A DNA stretch of 53,729 bases from Nanobdellota archaeon (GCA_022564635.1 JADFLA010000003.1:1-53729), one strand, 5' to 3'; positions 35,501 through 44,740 are shown, counted from the first letter of the stretch. Numbers and translations: made by a program. Notes: generated by a model from the sequence alone, not told the origin.

Positions 35501-38500
35501 ACATTGTTGAGCTGTGCAGTTGCTATTTTAAATGTAGCTGCTGATGCTAGTTTGTAAAACAAAACAACTGTTTTAACTCCTGAACTGCTATCTGTAACAT
35601 TTATTGTAAAGTTTAATAAAACATCATCATCAACATCTGCTGTTGTGTTAGGATCAAAGCTTATTTTATTAATTATTGGAGCATTTAAATCGACTGAAAA
35701 GTTTCTTGTTTCGCTTGTGTTTGAATTAGCTCCGTCTAAGCAAGTTATATTCCAAATGAAAGTCCCTTCACTTATATTTTTGATTTCAAATAATGTGGCA
35801 GTTCCGTTAAGAGTTGACGAGTTTGTTGTGTTTAATACAGCGTCAAAGTAAATTGAACAATTTAATGAAGTAGCAAGGTTATCAGTTACGTTAAATTTAA
35901 AGGTAACATTTTCAGAGCTCGAATTGAATAAATTTACAGGACTAGAGATATTTACAATGGGTTTTACTGTATCAATTGTAAAGCTAACAGTTACATTAGC
36001 GCTTGGAGCAGCTCCAGAAACATTATCGAATAAGCTTACATTTAAAATGTAAATTCCATCAGATGCATTAAATGTTGTGTTTCCTAGTTGAGTTTGGTTT
36101 AAAACACCATCAATATAATAAGAAATATTTATTACATCATTATCCCTGTCGTTTTCAAAAGTTACATTTAAGTGAAGAGGTTGTAAATTTGTTTTTAAAT
36201 CGTTAGTTGGGAAAAATATTGTTGGTGTGGGAATAAAGTTTGCTACTGTTATTATTTGCTCACTTTGGTTTAAAAAATTGCTTGTATCATTAACAATAAC
36301 AGTAAAGTTAATTACATTACCTCTTGCCAAGGCAATAGTGAAGTTTTGTGAGCATTTATCATCAGTTCCACTTATGCTTGTATTGAAAAATTCTTTTGCA
36401 CCAGAGCTTTGATTTGTTATAAACTGACAGAATGATAAAAATGCATTATCGGTAACATTCGCACTTATATTTACAACATCATTTTTTGTTGGTGCTGAGT
36501 TGTTTATAGATGAATTCATTCTTGGTGGCGTAGTATCTTGTGTATAATCTAATACGAAATATATTTGGTCTATATTGATACTGGCTGCTGATCCAGCGTC
36601 AGTATCATCCCCAGCACACCTAATTTCAATTTCATCATTATTCACATCAGTACATGTTGCATCTGTTATAGTTATATTGTGTTCATGCTCTGCGGTATTA
36701 TCTATTCCAGTTTCGTAATCAATAGCTGACCAAGTCGAACCATCATCTAAAGAATAGGTTAAACCAACTCTGCCTCCTTTATTTGACTCAACTTCTAAAT
36801 GTATGCAATGGGCAACTATAGAATTAATACTTACACAATCATTAACAGTTGTGTTACGAGTAACAACAGTTATATAATCGTCATCCTTGCCGTTTATCGT
36901 ATAATAGGTTGTATCATTAGTTCTTACTTCATCGCCAGCATCGCTTGTAGAAGTTCCACTGCAAGTTGCTTCAGTAGGATCATCACTTGTAGGTTTGTCG
37001 CAGAATACGGCATCAGTATCTGCTGAACCAGTTCCAATATCGGATGCAGGATCAATAATATGATCAAACTCTAAATAAGCATTTTTATTATCATCGAGAT
37101 TTTTTATTTTTAAATCAAAAGTGTCATGTGCTCCATCCATTCCGATCAATAAAACCTTATAATATTTTTCTTCAGTTATTACTGGAAATTCTGTTATTTT
37201 TTCAGCTGAATCTTCAGGATAAACTTCTATGTAGGTATTTAAGCCTTGATTATTCCTAGTATAAACTGTTATATCATTTGAAGATGTTAAGTTTCTTTCA
37301 AATGTAATCCTTACATATTCATTTTCATAGATTGGTTCTGACCATATAGTATCTTTTTCAATCACTTCATCATATATATCTGAAATAAATACATAATTTT
37401 TATCTAAATGCATAGCTTTTGTTATTCTAATGACATTAATTTCAAATTCTTGTTCAGAAGTATGCGGGGTTATCCAATAAATAGTATCAATTAAACCATT
37501 TGAATTTTCATCGGCAAATGAAACTTCAAAATAATTTTCATTAGTGATATCTGTTTTTATTTTTCTTCCATCACCAATTATTAAATATTCAGAATCAATA
37601 TATTCCTTATAATCTTTTTCAGAAGCATACCAATATAATTTAATTATAGCATCAGGATCTTCTGGAATAGAAGTAAATGTTAAAATATCTGTATAAGGTA
37701 ATTCAGATGAAACAGTTATCTTCTTTCCATTAATAATTTCCTCTTCAATAGCAATAGGAGCTTCTGTATAATATTCAATCTCTATTTCCTCTACCTCTTC
37801 CTCAATAATAATTTCTAATTCATCGCTATCCTTTACATCGACTATGGCATAACCTGTCAGGGAATTAAATTTATTAAACATCCAATTTAAAAATCCGGAA
37901 AATAAACTTGTTCCATCTGTTATTCTTACTGAATAGCCAGTTATTTTATCCAGTTCAAATTCATCAACTGTCTTAATTATATTGTCTTTTTTTACTTTTA
38001 TGTTCTTCTTATTAATCTTAAATTCTTTGTTATTAATAATTTTTTTAGCACTAAAATTAATTATTTTTGGCAGGGTAATGTTTGCCTTTGTTGCATCGGA
38101 ATACCTGACTCTTACCTTCCATTTAACTGGTTGGCCAATAACGGCCCTAAACTGCTTAGTTTCTATATTTACTATTATTGCACCTGTAATATTTTCAGTT
38201 TTTTCAACAGTATCAATAACTTCTCTAAATTTAGCTGATAAATTTTTCTTAGAAGAATAATAAATGTCAACATATGGCTTATCAACGCTTAAATTATAAT
38301 CGACATAAATTACTTGAGCAGAAATTGTATTATTGAAAGAGGTTCCATACTGCCAATAATTAATGTAGAATATTTCATTCCAATCATTTCTTAAAGATGT
38401 TAATTCAACAAAATTGCAACATCTTTGGCTTCCATGACATATAGTATTTGCATTTCCAGAATCTATCGAATATATGTTCCATCTTGTGCATAGATTTTCT

Positions 38501-38916
38501 TCCTTGACATTCCAATTAAATTGAGTATTTTTAACAGTTAAATCAATAATACCATTAATTGTTTCTATTCCATCGTTATCTTCATCGTAAGGTGTATTAT
38601 TATTATAATTTAATATTATTTTTATTGATTTGTTTATTGTTATATTTGTAGTTATATAGGTATCATTAATTGTTTGATTTGTATTAATTTCATTGATTGG
38701 TTTACTAATATTTATGTATGATATTGGAATATTTACATTTGTTTTATTAATTGGTAATGTGATATTTGGTATTTTATCATTAATTGATACATTTATTTCA
38801 GAGCTATTGGTATCATTCAAAGCGTATACTAATGAAAATGGAATTATTATAAGTGCAAGGAGTATTGGAGCTAATTTAATCATTACTTTTCCTGCTTTAT
38901 CATCTAATAATTTCAT
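32590..38916 (-). CDS. Giant (2108 aa) membrane-anchored surface glycoprotein or adhesin
   Basis: Signal peptide, many NxS/T sequons, Cys-rich and Ig/CARDB-like domains, Thr-rich plus Gly14 linker (34636-34677), one TM, Lys/Glu-rich tail. Confidence 0.85.
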   Translation of the reverse strand: MKLLDDKAGKVMIKLAPILLALIIIPFSLVYALNDTNSSEINVSINDKIPNITLPINKTNVNIPISYINISKPINEINTNQTINDTYITTNITINKSIKIILNYNNNTPYDEDNDGIETINGIIDLTVKNTQFNWNVKEENLCTRWNIYSIDSGNANTICHGSQRCCNFVELTSLRNDWNEIFYINYWQYGTSFNNTISAQVIYVDYNLSVDKPYVDIYYSSKKNLSAKFREVIDTVEKTENITGAIIVNIETKQFRAVIGQPVKWKVRVRYSDATKANITLPKIINFSAKKIINNKEFKINKKNIKVKKDNIIKTVDEFELDKITGYSVRITDGTSLFSGFLNWMFNKFNSLTGYAIVDVKDSDELEIIIEEEVEEIEIEYYTEAPIAIEEEIINGKKITVSSELPYTDILTFTSIPEDPDAIIKLYWYASEKDYKEYIDSEYLIIGDGRKIKTDITNENYFEVSFADENSNGLIDTIYWITPHTSEQEFEINVIRITKAMHLDKNYVFISDIYDEVIEKDTIWSEPIYENEYVRITFERNLTSSNDITVYTRNNQGLNTYIEVYPEDSAEKITEFPVITEEKYYKVLLIGMDGAHDTFDLKIKNLDDNKNAYLEFDHIIDPASDIGTGSADTDAVFCDKPTSDDPTEATCSGTSTSDAGDEVRTNDTTYYTINGKDDDYITVVTRNTTVNDCVSINSIVAHCIHLEVESNKGGRVGLTYSLDDGSTWSAIDYETGIDNTAEHEHNITITDATCTDVNNDEIEIRCAGDDTDAGSAASINIDQIYFVLDYTQDTTPPRMNSSINNSAPTKNDVVNISANVTDNAFLSFCQFITNQSSGAKEFFNTSISGTDDKCSQNFTIALARGNVINFTVIVNDTSNFLNQSEQIITVANFIPTPTIFFPTNDLKTNLQPLHLNVTFENDRDNDVINISYYIDGVLNQTQLGNTTFNASDGIYILNVSLFDNVSGAAPSANVTVSFTIDTVKPIVNISSPVNLFNSSSENVTFKFNVTDNLATSLNCSIYFDAVLNTTNSSTLNGTATLFEIKNISEGTFIWNITCLDGANSNTSETRNFSVDLNAPIINKISFDPNTTADVDDDVLLNFTINVTDSSSGVKTVVLFYKLASAATFKIATAQLNNVGLFNTSFTPDETGNWSYFINVTDHVGFNATSKITNISVEQELTWNRIPNKFTAIACPVSTTCSIGNLTINNSGDSLLTFDLSSRFTGTSFNKTEPFDLAAKDYEVVEVTADAGTTTSVFDAELTIDATTTDAVPDSEITSAKITVFLGGPVFDVTIINPPTEANKSDPGVHHLNASIKNIGNETAGFTYVNWTLPSEWNNITGRLNQNFTNVSVQEIVYHNITVNLTSNAATGTQKVNVTAASNNSGSGSAAASIVVTETSTAATTITITTVVSGGGGGGGGGGGGGGIGAGLIQEQEIETEAVYELVRGEDEDFILPINNDFDWPLQNISVAVTGFLAQYIELTNIPSEIAPNSSANVIIRITAPRYFTKGEWTLYFTIDAIYIKKFAETNSTQTIHFSEKRKVLLAIHELSREDAAKLINLSLNEIIILEDLNLSTKKLRKLLADSKDKLKATDYEAVQELHDLIKEKVARALQAYEKIQEFTVKIAKAKERGIETPDTQRLVSLTLSALEREDYFTAFARLKEIELTFALETKGKFSILDFIKRNRLLASFMAFYILIFALSIFFKIKIEKINYDLRNSLKERGILRGLMQTAQRECFEKKTIDMAQYNITMLQYEKKLSDVIQKILELESLKASLVRPALHRLSLERKRLLDLIKQTQDEYIVKGQQETGVYKRKIHNYSTKLSEVEGKIILKEAEAAIRKERRLKFLSLFGIKLKPKKEKPKEKAKEHKKTVIISRISLFFENLIKIMEEIRPLKLLKKQKKEEMQIKLRKTESIELSTPQAPSQLLEEEKLPEKERKERLREEKRRKEFRKQRQKELEKRRKDEERIRKEKEIQEELKEKHEEKEREHQKKLEKKREEKKRFSVIGDLFKRKGKAVEHIKIPPVKLKPEVKKAKVKTDSINAIKEKIHKARLALMDFKFNDAKRIYIEIMSMYNGLDQKNKVRIYPHIKDLYYERKTADKFTK

Positions 38917-39128
38917 TTCTTAATCTCCCATACATTCAGATTGCTGATTCTATAACCTAAAATCTTACCAGCTAATTGTAATCTCAAACAATGACCTTGA
39001 ACAGAATGCCATGCCCTGCCTATCTTTAGGGCTATATCCCTTGTAGAAATCGGAGTTTTTGAATCACGTAGGACTTTAAGTATATCGGACTCTATTTTTC
39101 TGCCTAATTTAGCCTTCCTAGTAGTCAT
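38913..39128 (-). CDS. Small winged-HTH regulator (71 aa), translationally coupled to the giant protein
   Basis: ILKVL..PISTRDIA.KIGRAWHSV..L.L..G wHTH pattern; ATGA overlap. Confidence 0.8.
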   Translation of the reverse strand: MTTRKAKLGRKIESDILKVLRDSKTPISTRDIALKIGRAWHSVQGHCLRLQLAGKILGYRISNLNVWEIKK

Positions 39129-39163
39129 TATTGTATATTATTATACTTTTTATATATAAATAT

Positions 39164-39201
39164 TGCGAATATTGATACTAATATTAATACTAATATTCGC
39201 A
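39164..39201. promoter_or_regulatory. Candidate operator next to the TATA box (39149-39160)
   Basis: 10-bp inverted repeat TGCGAATATT...AATATTCGCA enclosing two direct ATACTAATATT repeats. Confidence 0.55.
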
Positions 39202-39410
39202 CTTAGAAAACTAGTTTTTTTGTGTTATGAGTACAATCTTTATTTTGTCGAAACATATATAAAACAAATCATTAAGAAAAGGATTGAATAGAATGTATAA
39301 AAATTAAATTTAGACTCAGATGAGGATATCATAGAAATTTGCCTAACTCTGGATTAACATCTGGAGTTTGATTTATAATTTTATTTTAGAGGCAAATTTC
39401 TAGGACACTG

Positions 39411-39460
39411 AGAAATGCCAAAGGCATTTCTGGTGTGCCAAAAATTGCAAAGCAATTTTT
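39411..39460. repeat. REP-like tandem palindromes with C-AAA-G centre, cluster 1
   Basis: AGAAATGCC-AAA-GGCATTTCT and AAAAATTGC-AAA-GCAATTTTT. Confidence 0.75.
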
Positions 39461-39608
39461 AAGTATGCCAAAAATAGATAACTCATAGGTACAATTTTTC
39501 GCTCTGTATTCCGCTTCACTACATCCCGAGTTATCTATTTTTGTGCATATTCCCGTAGAAAGTTTTAAATAGAAATATTATAAGGTTATAGTAAAAGAGA
39601 GTGGTCTT

Positions 39609-40145
39609 ATGAATATTGAAGAAGAAATTATAAAAAATCAGTCGATATTGGTCTTAATTGCGAAATCTGAATATCCAAGTAAACATATGGAAATAGTAGG
39701 ATTATTGGACAAAAATTTCAAAAAAATAGGTTATGTTTACCTCAAAAAATCCTACAAAACTCTTAAAAAAAAATTAACTAAAAACAAAGTTAACTTTAAC
39801 AAGTTTTTATTTATAGGCCTAAATAAACCTACTAAAGAACAGCTTAAAGCAGAATATTATAGTTATATTACTTCGCCTGCAGATTTTGGAGGAATAAACA
39901 TAGCTTTATCTGATTTGGTGTATAGGGGATGTAAAAGTTTTTTATTTGATTCTTTATCTAATATGATTGCTCATGTTAAGAGAGATAAATTGCTCAAATT
40001 TATAAATACAATAATTATTAAAACAAAAGTTGCTAATGCTAATGTTATTTTTTTAGCTTTAAGTGAAAATATTGACTCTAATTTGTTTAATGATTTAAAT
40101 ATGGTTTTTGATAAAATTATTGTGACTCCAACAGATAATAAATAA
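39609..40145 (+). CDS. Degenerate RecA/KaiC-fold protein without Walker A (DUF835-like)
   Basis: YVYLKK, SPADF and FLFDSLSNM pattern; paralogue of 5454-6005. Confidence 0.6.
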   Translation: MNIEEEIIKNQSILVLIAKSEYPSKHMEIVGLLDKNFKKIGYVYLKKSYKTLKKKLTKNKVNFNKFLFIGLNKPTKEQLKAEYYSYITSPADFGGINIALSDLVYRGCKSFLFDSLSNMIAHVKRDKLLKFINTIIIKTKVANANVIFLALSENIDSNLFNDLNMVFDKIIVTPTDNK

Positions 40146-40184
40146 AACAAAGAGAGTATTAAAGGGATAGCATAAAAAATAAAA

Positions 40185-43100
40185 TTGATGAATGGGATAT
40201 TTAGCATATTCAAAAAAGAGAAACCAGAAGTTAAAGAAACAGAAATTAGAGTAGCTGATGGGATAATTGATTATGCTGTTAGTTTGATAAAAGATAAGGA
40301 AAGTATCAAAGAACAGCTTAAAGAAATTGATAAAATAAGAAAACTTCCTGTTGACGAAAGAGAATATTCTTACCTGCTGGTGTATCTCAGCTTAGAAAGA
40401 GTTATTTTAGCAAAAAAGCCTGCACCTACTAAAGAATATTTTTCACGAAAGATTTTAAAAAAGCCAAAAGAATTTACGCAAGATGGTTTAAGAAGAACTA
40501 TAAGAAAAAAATTTGAAATAAATAAACTAGGGGTATATTTTAGAGTTCTATTTCTTAATGAACCTCAGCAAAGTTTAATTCTATATGAGCTAATGTTTCA
40601 GGAATTTATGGATTTAATATCTGATAAAATTAAAAAAAAAATTCCTGATGTTATTTTAAAAGAAAACTATGATGTTCTTAATGGCACTAAAATAGAAAAT
40701 GGAAAGATGGATTTATCATCTGTAAATGAGAAAATTGAAGAAAAACAAGTGAATGTTGAAGATATAATAATCCCTTTTAAAAATTTATTCTTTGTATTTT
40801 ATAGCAATGTAGTTAAAAGTGACGGCAAAGAGTTAGCTGATAAACTTGTGATGGATGTTTACAATTTTGTAGAAATTTACGGTCATCCTCTAACCTCGGC
40901 TGCAATTCAAATTTTGCCCAAGATAACATCTAAAGAAACAAAAGCAGCAGCTGCTCATAGGATTGTGGATTATTTAAGCATGCTAATTTTAAGAAAAGAC
41001 CTGATAAAGCCTCAAATTGATAAAATAGCGGATGCTGAAACACTTCCAGAAGAAGGTAAAGAAAAAGTCTATTTTAGTATTTATCTTGAACTGGAAAAAT
41101 TTATGATTGACCATTTACCTCCTGCTGTAGAAAAATCATTTACCAGAGAAGAGTTAAGAAAAGAAATAAGGGAAAAGATTAATACTCAAAATTTGGAGCA
41201 TAGATTTAAGTTACTATTTTTAGGAGAAAAAGAGCAATTAATTGAGTTATTTAATATGTTTTATGGGTTGCTTTTAGAACAGATGGTTTCATTTTGGGCA
41301 GCAGGTGATTTACAAAAATTTGTCAGCGAAAATGTAAAAGGAACAATGCTTGATAGTCTTGGATTTACTATTGAGAAAAAAGAAATTGGTTTTGATGTTT
41401 CTGAAACAAATATCGATACTTTACCAAAGAATAAACTAAAAGATGTTATTCATGATTTGTCTGCATTTCTTCTTGTTTTGTATAAAAATGCAAAAGAGAC
41501 AGGTGGTGAGAAAAAGGCAGAAAAGGCAATTAGCAAGGCCTATAAAATAATGAAAGAACAATATGGCATGCTTCCTATTTTTAATGATTTTGTTAGAGCA
41601 ATTCCAGAAGGCGTGTTAGACTATGAGAATAAGATTTTATTATCACCCAGAGCAGCGGAAGAGGTTGTAACCTATATAACTAAAATTCTAAAAAAAGAAA
41701 AAATAGAAGAGCATTTAAAGGCCATGGAAGAAACAAGGAAATTACCTTTGGAAGAACAGGCAGAAGCTTTCTTTAATATTTATATTAATTTACAGCATTA
41801 CATTATTGAAGAAAGACCTTCTTTTAAAGGAAAAGAGATAACCTTGTCAGATTTAAAGGAAAAAATAAGAAGACATGTAAATGTCAAAGATTTAGAGGAC
41901 AAATTTCAACTACTATTTTTAACGCATGACGAAGTACTTGTTAAACTTGTGAGAGACCTAATTAAAGAATGTATTGTTAATTTTATTGATAAAAAAGCTT
42001 TGGTAGAAGCTGTAAAAGATCTTACAAAAAAAAACTCTTTTTTAAGGAATGTGGAAATTGATGAAGAAGGCTTAATTGATTTTGAACCGTTTTTTGATAA
42101 GCTTAAAAAAGTTGAGGTTGCGAAAGTTAGAGTTCTTAGCATTACTTTATCTAAGATCGTATTAGCAATATATGAAAAATCTAAAGAAATTTTAGGAGAG
42201 TTACAAGCTAAAAAACTTTTTGAGATTGCTTATGCAAATCTGCAAAAAAAATATGGTGCAAATTTATTGCAGGTATTAAGAGTTATTCCCAAAGGAATAC
42301 TGGAAGCTGAGAAATTTGAGTTACTCGGTAAAGAGGAAATAGAAAAAACTGCCAAAGAAATGGTAAAAATAGACACTATAAAAGGAGAGTTTATGAATAT
42401 CGCAGCACATGAACTAAAAACACCTCTTGTGCCAATTATTAGCTATCTAGAGATGCTACTTAATGATAAAAGGCTAGCGAGGGATCAGAAAGAAAAGCTA
42501 AGAATATGCTTATCCTCTGCAAAGAGAGAAGCTGATTTAGTAAGTGATATACTTGATATAAGCAAGTTAGAGGCAGGATCATTAAAGTTAGAGTTTGAAA
42601 CACTTGACATGGTAGAGCTTTTAAAAGAAATTACAGATGGTTTAGGTCCTGCTATAAGGGGGAAAAAACTGGCATTTAAAGTAGAAGTACCATCTAAACT
42701 TCCACTTGTTAGAGGGGATAAGAGAAGACTTACACAAGTAGTATCCAACTTAATTAATAATGCTACAAAATTTACAGATAAAGGGAGTATAACTGTTAGA
42801 GCTCAGATGGAAAAACAAAATATACTTGTTAGTGTAATAGACACAGGAATGGGCATTAGTAAAGAAAATATACATAAGTTATTTACAAAATTTTTTCAAG
42901 TTGATAGCACTGCTAGGAGAAAACAGGGTGGAACAGGCTTAGGATTAGCAATTTCCAAAGGGATTATTCAAGGGCATAAAGGCAAACTATGGGTTGAAAG
43001 TGATGGTATAGGAAAAGGCACTACTTTTTCTTTTACAGTGCCATACCTTCCTACAACAGAAAAAGAAAAAATGGAAACACAAAGAGAACAAAACTCTTTT

Positions 43101-43235
43101 GTTTCCCAGGAACCAAAGGTGAAAACAGAAAAAGTTATAAAGAACAAAGCTAAGGAAAAGAAGAAAGAGAAGGATAAGGTTAGAAAGTCTAGGCATAAAA
43201 AATCATCAATAATTAAAAACACGCGAAAATCGTAG
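40185..43235 (+). CDS. Cytoplasmic histidine kinase with three tandem ~230-aa unknown N-terminal repeats
   Basis: HisKA AAHELKTP, NLINNATKF, DTGMGI, FFQV, GTGLGL. Repeats start near 40254, 40953 and 41655. No TM. Confidence 0.92.
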   Translation: MMNGIFSIFKKEKPEVKETEIRVADGIIDYAVSLIKDKESIKEQLKEIDKIRKLPVDEREYSYLLVYLSLERVILAKKPAPTKEYFSRKILKKPKEFTQDGLRRTIRKKFEINKLGVYFRVLFLNEPQQSLILYELMFQEFMDLISDKIKKKIPDVILKENYDVLNGTKIENGKMDLSSVNEKIEEKQVNVEDIIIPFKNLFFVFYSNVVKSDGKELADKLVMDVYNFVEIYGHPLTSAAIQILPKITSKETKAAAAHRIVDYLSMLILRKDLIKPQIDKIADAETLPEEGKEKVYFSIYLELEKFMIDHLPPAVEKSFTREELRKEIREKINTQNLEHRFKLLFLGEKEQLIELFNMFYGLLLEQMVSFWAAGDLQKFVSENVKGTMLDSLGFTIEKKEIGFDVSETNIDTLPKNKLKDVIHDLSAFLLVLYKNAKETGGEKKAEKAISKAYKIMKEQYGMLPIFNDFVRAIPEGVLDYENKILLSPRAAEEVVTYITKILKKEKIEEHLKAMEETRKLPLEEQAEAFFNIYINLQHYIIEERPSFKGKEITLSDLKEKIRRHVNVKDLEDKFQLLFLTHDEVLVKLVRDLIKECIVNFIDKKALVEAVKDLTKKNSFLRNVEIDEEGLIDFEPFFDKLKKVEVAKVRVLSITLSKIVLAIYEKSKEILGELQAKKLFEIAYANLQKKYGANLLQVLRVIPKGILEAEKFELLGKEEIEKTAKEMVKIDTIKGEFMNIAAHELKTPLVPIISYLEMLLNDKRLARDQKEKLRICLSSAKREADLVSDILDISKLEAGSLKLEFETLDMVELLKEITDGLGPAIRGKKLAFKVEVPSKLPLVRGDKRRLTQVVSNLINNATKFTDKGSITVRAQMEKQNILVSVIDTGMGISKENIHKLFTKFFQVDSTARRKQGGTGLGLAISKGIIQGHKGKLWVESDGIGKGTTFSFTVPYLPTTEKEKMETQREQNSFVSQEPKVKTEKVIKNKAKEKKKEKDKVRKSRHKKSSIIKNTRKS

Positions 43236-43250
43236 ACTTTCGGTGAACTG

Positions 43251-43328
43251 GGAAATTTCAAAGAAATTTCCGGTTTCCCAAAAATTGCAAAGCAATTTTT
43301 TAGGATCCTGAAAATGCAAAGCATTTTC
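43251..43328. repeat. REP-like tandem palindromes with C-AAA-G centre, cluster 2
   Basis: GGAAATTTC-AAA-GAAATTTCC, AAAAATTGC-AAA-GCAATTTTT (identical to 39440-39460) and GAAAATGC-AAA-GCATTTTC. Confidence 0.75.
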
Positions 43329-43447
43329 ATGACAATAAAGTTCAAAAACATAATAATAATTGATTGATTAACTTTTTGTATTATTAAAGATTATACCACA
43401 ACAAATAATAAAAAATTAAATCAAACAAATTTTAAGAATTTATAATA

Positions 43448-43822
43448 ATGGTAAAAAAATCAATAATGATAGTTGATGACGAACCAATGATCGTAAAAGT
43501 AGTAAAAGATATTTTTAAAGAGGAAGGTTATAAGGTAATTACAGCATTAAGTGGCCAAGAATGTCTTGAAAAATTGAAAAATACAAGTGTAGATCTAATT
43601 TTGCTTGATATAATGATGCCGGGTATGGATGGCTGGGATACGTGCGCTAAAATCAAAAGCGATAAAAAAACAGAAAAGATACCTATAGTTTTCTTAACAG
43701 CAAAAACTGATCCGGTAAGCAGGAGTATGGGCGGGCTTGCATCTACAGCTTATATAACCAAGCCATTTGATATGAAAGATTTGAAAAAAAGAGTTGATTC
43801 TGTTATCAAAGCTAGCAAATAA
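43448..43822 (+). CDS. Stand-alone response regulator receiver (REC2)
   Basis: VDDEP, DLILLDIMMP, FLTAK and KPF motifs. Confidence 0.95.
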   Translation: MVKKSIMIVDDEPMIVKVVKDIFKEEGYKVITALSGQECLEKLKNTSVDLILLDIMMPGMDGWDTCAKIKSDKKTEKIPIVFLTAKTDPVSRSMGGLASTAYITKPFDMKDLKKRVDSVIKASK

Positions 43823-43825
43823 GAA

Positions 43826-44164
43826 ATGGTAGATATGACAAATCAGATTGTGACTAAGGATTTTTTTGAGAAAACTATTAATATTATAGCTCAAAATACT
43901 TCTTTTAGTTATAGTACAATTGCTTTAAACGGTATTAAAATGCAACTAAGTAAAGAATTTAATTTCTTAAAAGATATTCATATAAAAGGAAAATCGGTAG
44001 ATGTTGATAAAACTATAAATAATATTGGAAAAAATGAATTGAGAAATTTTTTTAGAAAAGTAATTGATATGGTAGGGCCTAATTACTTAAAAATACTTTT
44101 GGCCCAAAAACTCAATCCTAAATCATTGATGTATTTAGAAAATATTGGGTTAAGGTTTGGTTAA
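43826..44164 (+). CDS. Unknown ~110-aa protein, paralogue 3 of 3
   Basis: Directly follows REC2; close homologue of 29304-29648. Confidence 0.8.
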   Translation: MVDMTNQIVTKDFFEKTINIIAQNTSFSYSTIALNGIKMQLSKEFNFLKDIHIKGKSVDVDKTINNIGKNELRNFFRKVIDMVGPNYLKILLAQKLNPKSLMYLENIGLRFG

Positions 44165-44575
44165 ATGGCAATAAAAATATTTTCCTGGATTGTATATGTA
44201 TTGTTTTTTCTTATTTTAATGAATTTTGTATCAGCCCAATCAGAGATAATTAATCTTAATAATCTAAAAAATATTGCAATTCCTATACACTTGTTTGAGC
44301 TGGTTTTAGCACTTTTTATTGCATTCATGTCTTTGAAATTTTTTAGAATAACTAAACCTATTAGTTTATTTTTATTTATATATGTTGCTGTAGGTTTCTT
44401 TATTATTAATTCATTGCTCTACTTATTTTTTTATTTGAGTATAGATACCAGATTAGAGATGGTTTTTGTAAATGTGCATATAGGAAGTAGGGTTGCATTG
44501 ATGGGGATGTTAATATCATTTGTAATCTTTTTCTATCAGTGGAATAAGATTATGAGAAGAACGGATATTAAGTAG
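44165..44575 (+). CDS. Hypothetical membrane protein (4 hydrophobic helices)
   Basis: Abuts the previous stop codon. Confidence 0.7.
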   Translation: MAIKIFSWIVYVLFFLILMNFVSAQSEIINLNNLKNIAIPIHLFELVLALFIAFMSLKFFRITKPISLFLFIYVAVGFFIINSLLYLFFYLSIDTRLEMVFVNVHIGSRVALMGMLISFVIFFYQWNKIMRRTDIK

Positions 44576-44740
44576 ATATTAATATACTTCTAAACAAAAC
44601 TTCTAATTGATTGCCCTAATGGGCTAAAGAAGAATAAAAAGAAGGCAGTTACTAATCCAAAGATTGCTAATATTACTTCTTGTATTATCTGGTGGAATCT
44701 TGTAAAGTCCCTTGTCGTTGATCGTTTAAGATTAAGAAAA

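Noticed and set aside
24900-44740. tRNA-integrated genomic island with att repeats
   Set aside because: No duplicate of the tRNA-Thr 3' end near 25 kb, no integrase, and similar base composition.
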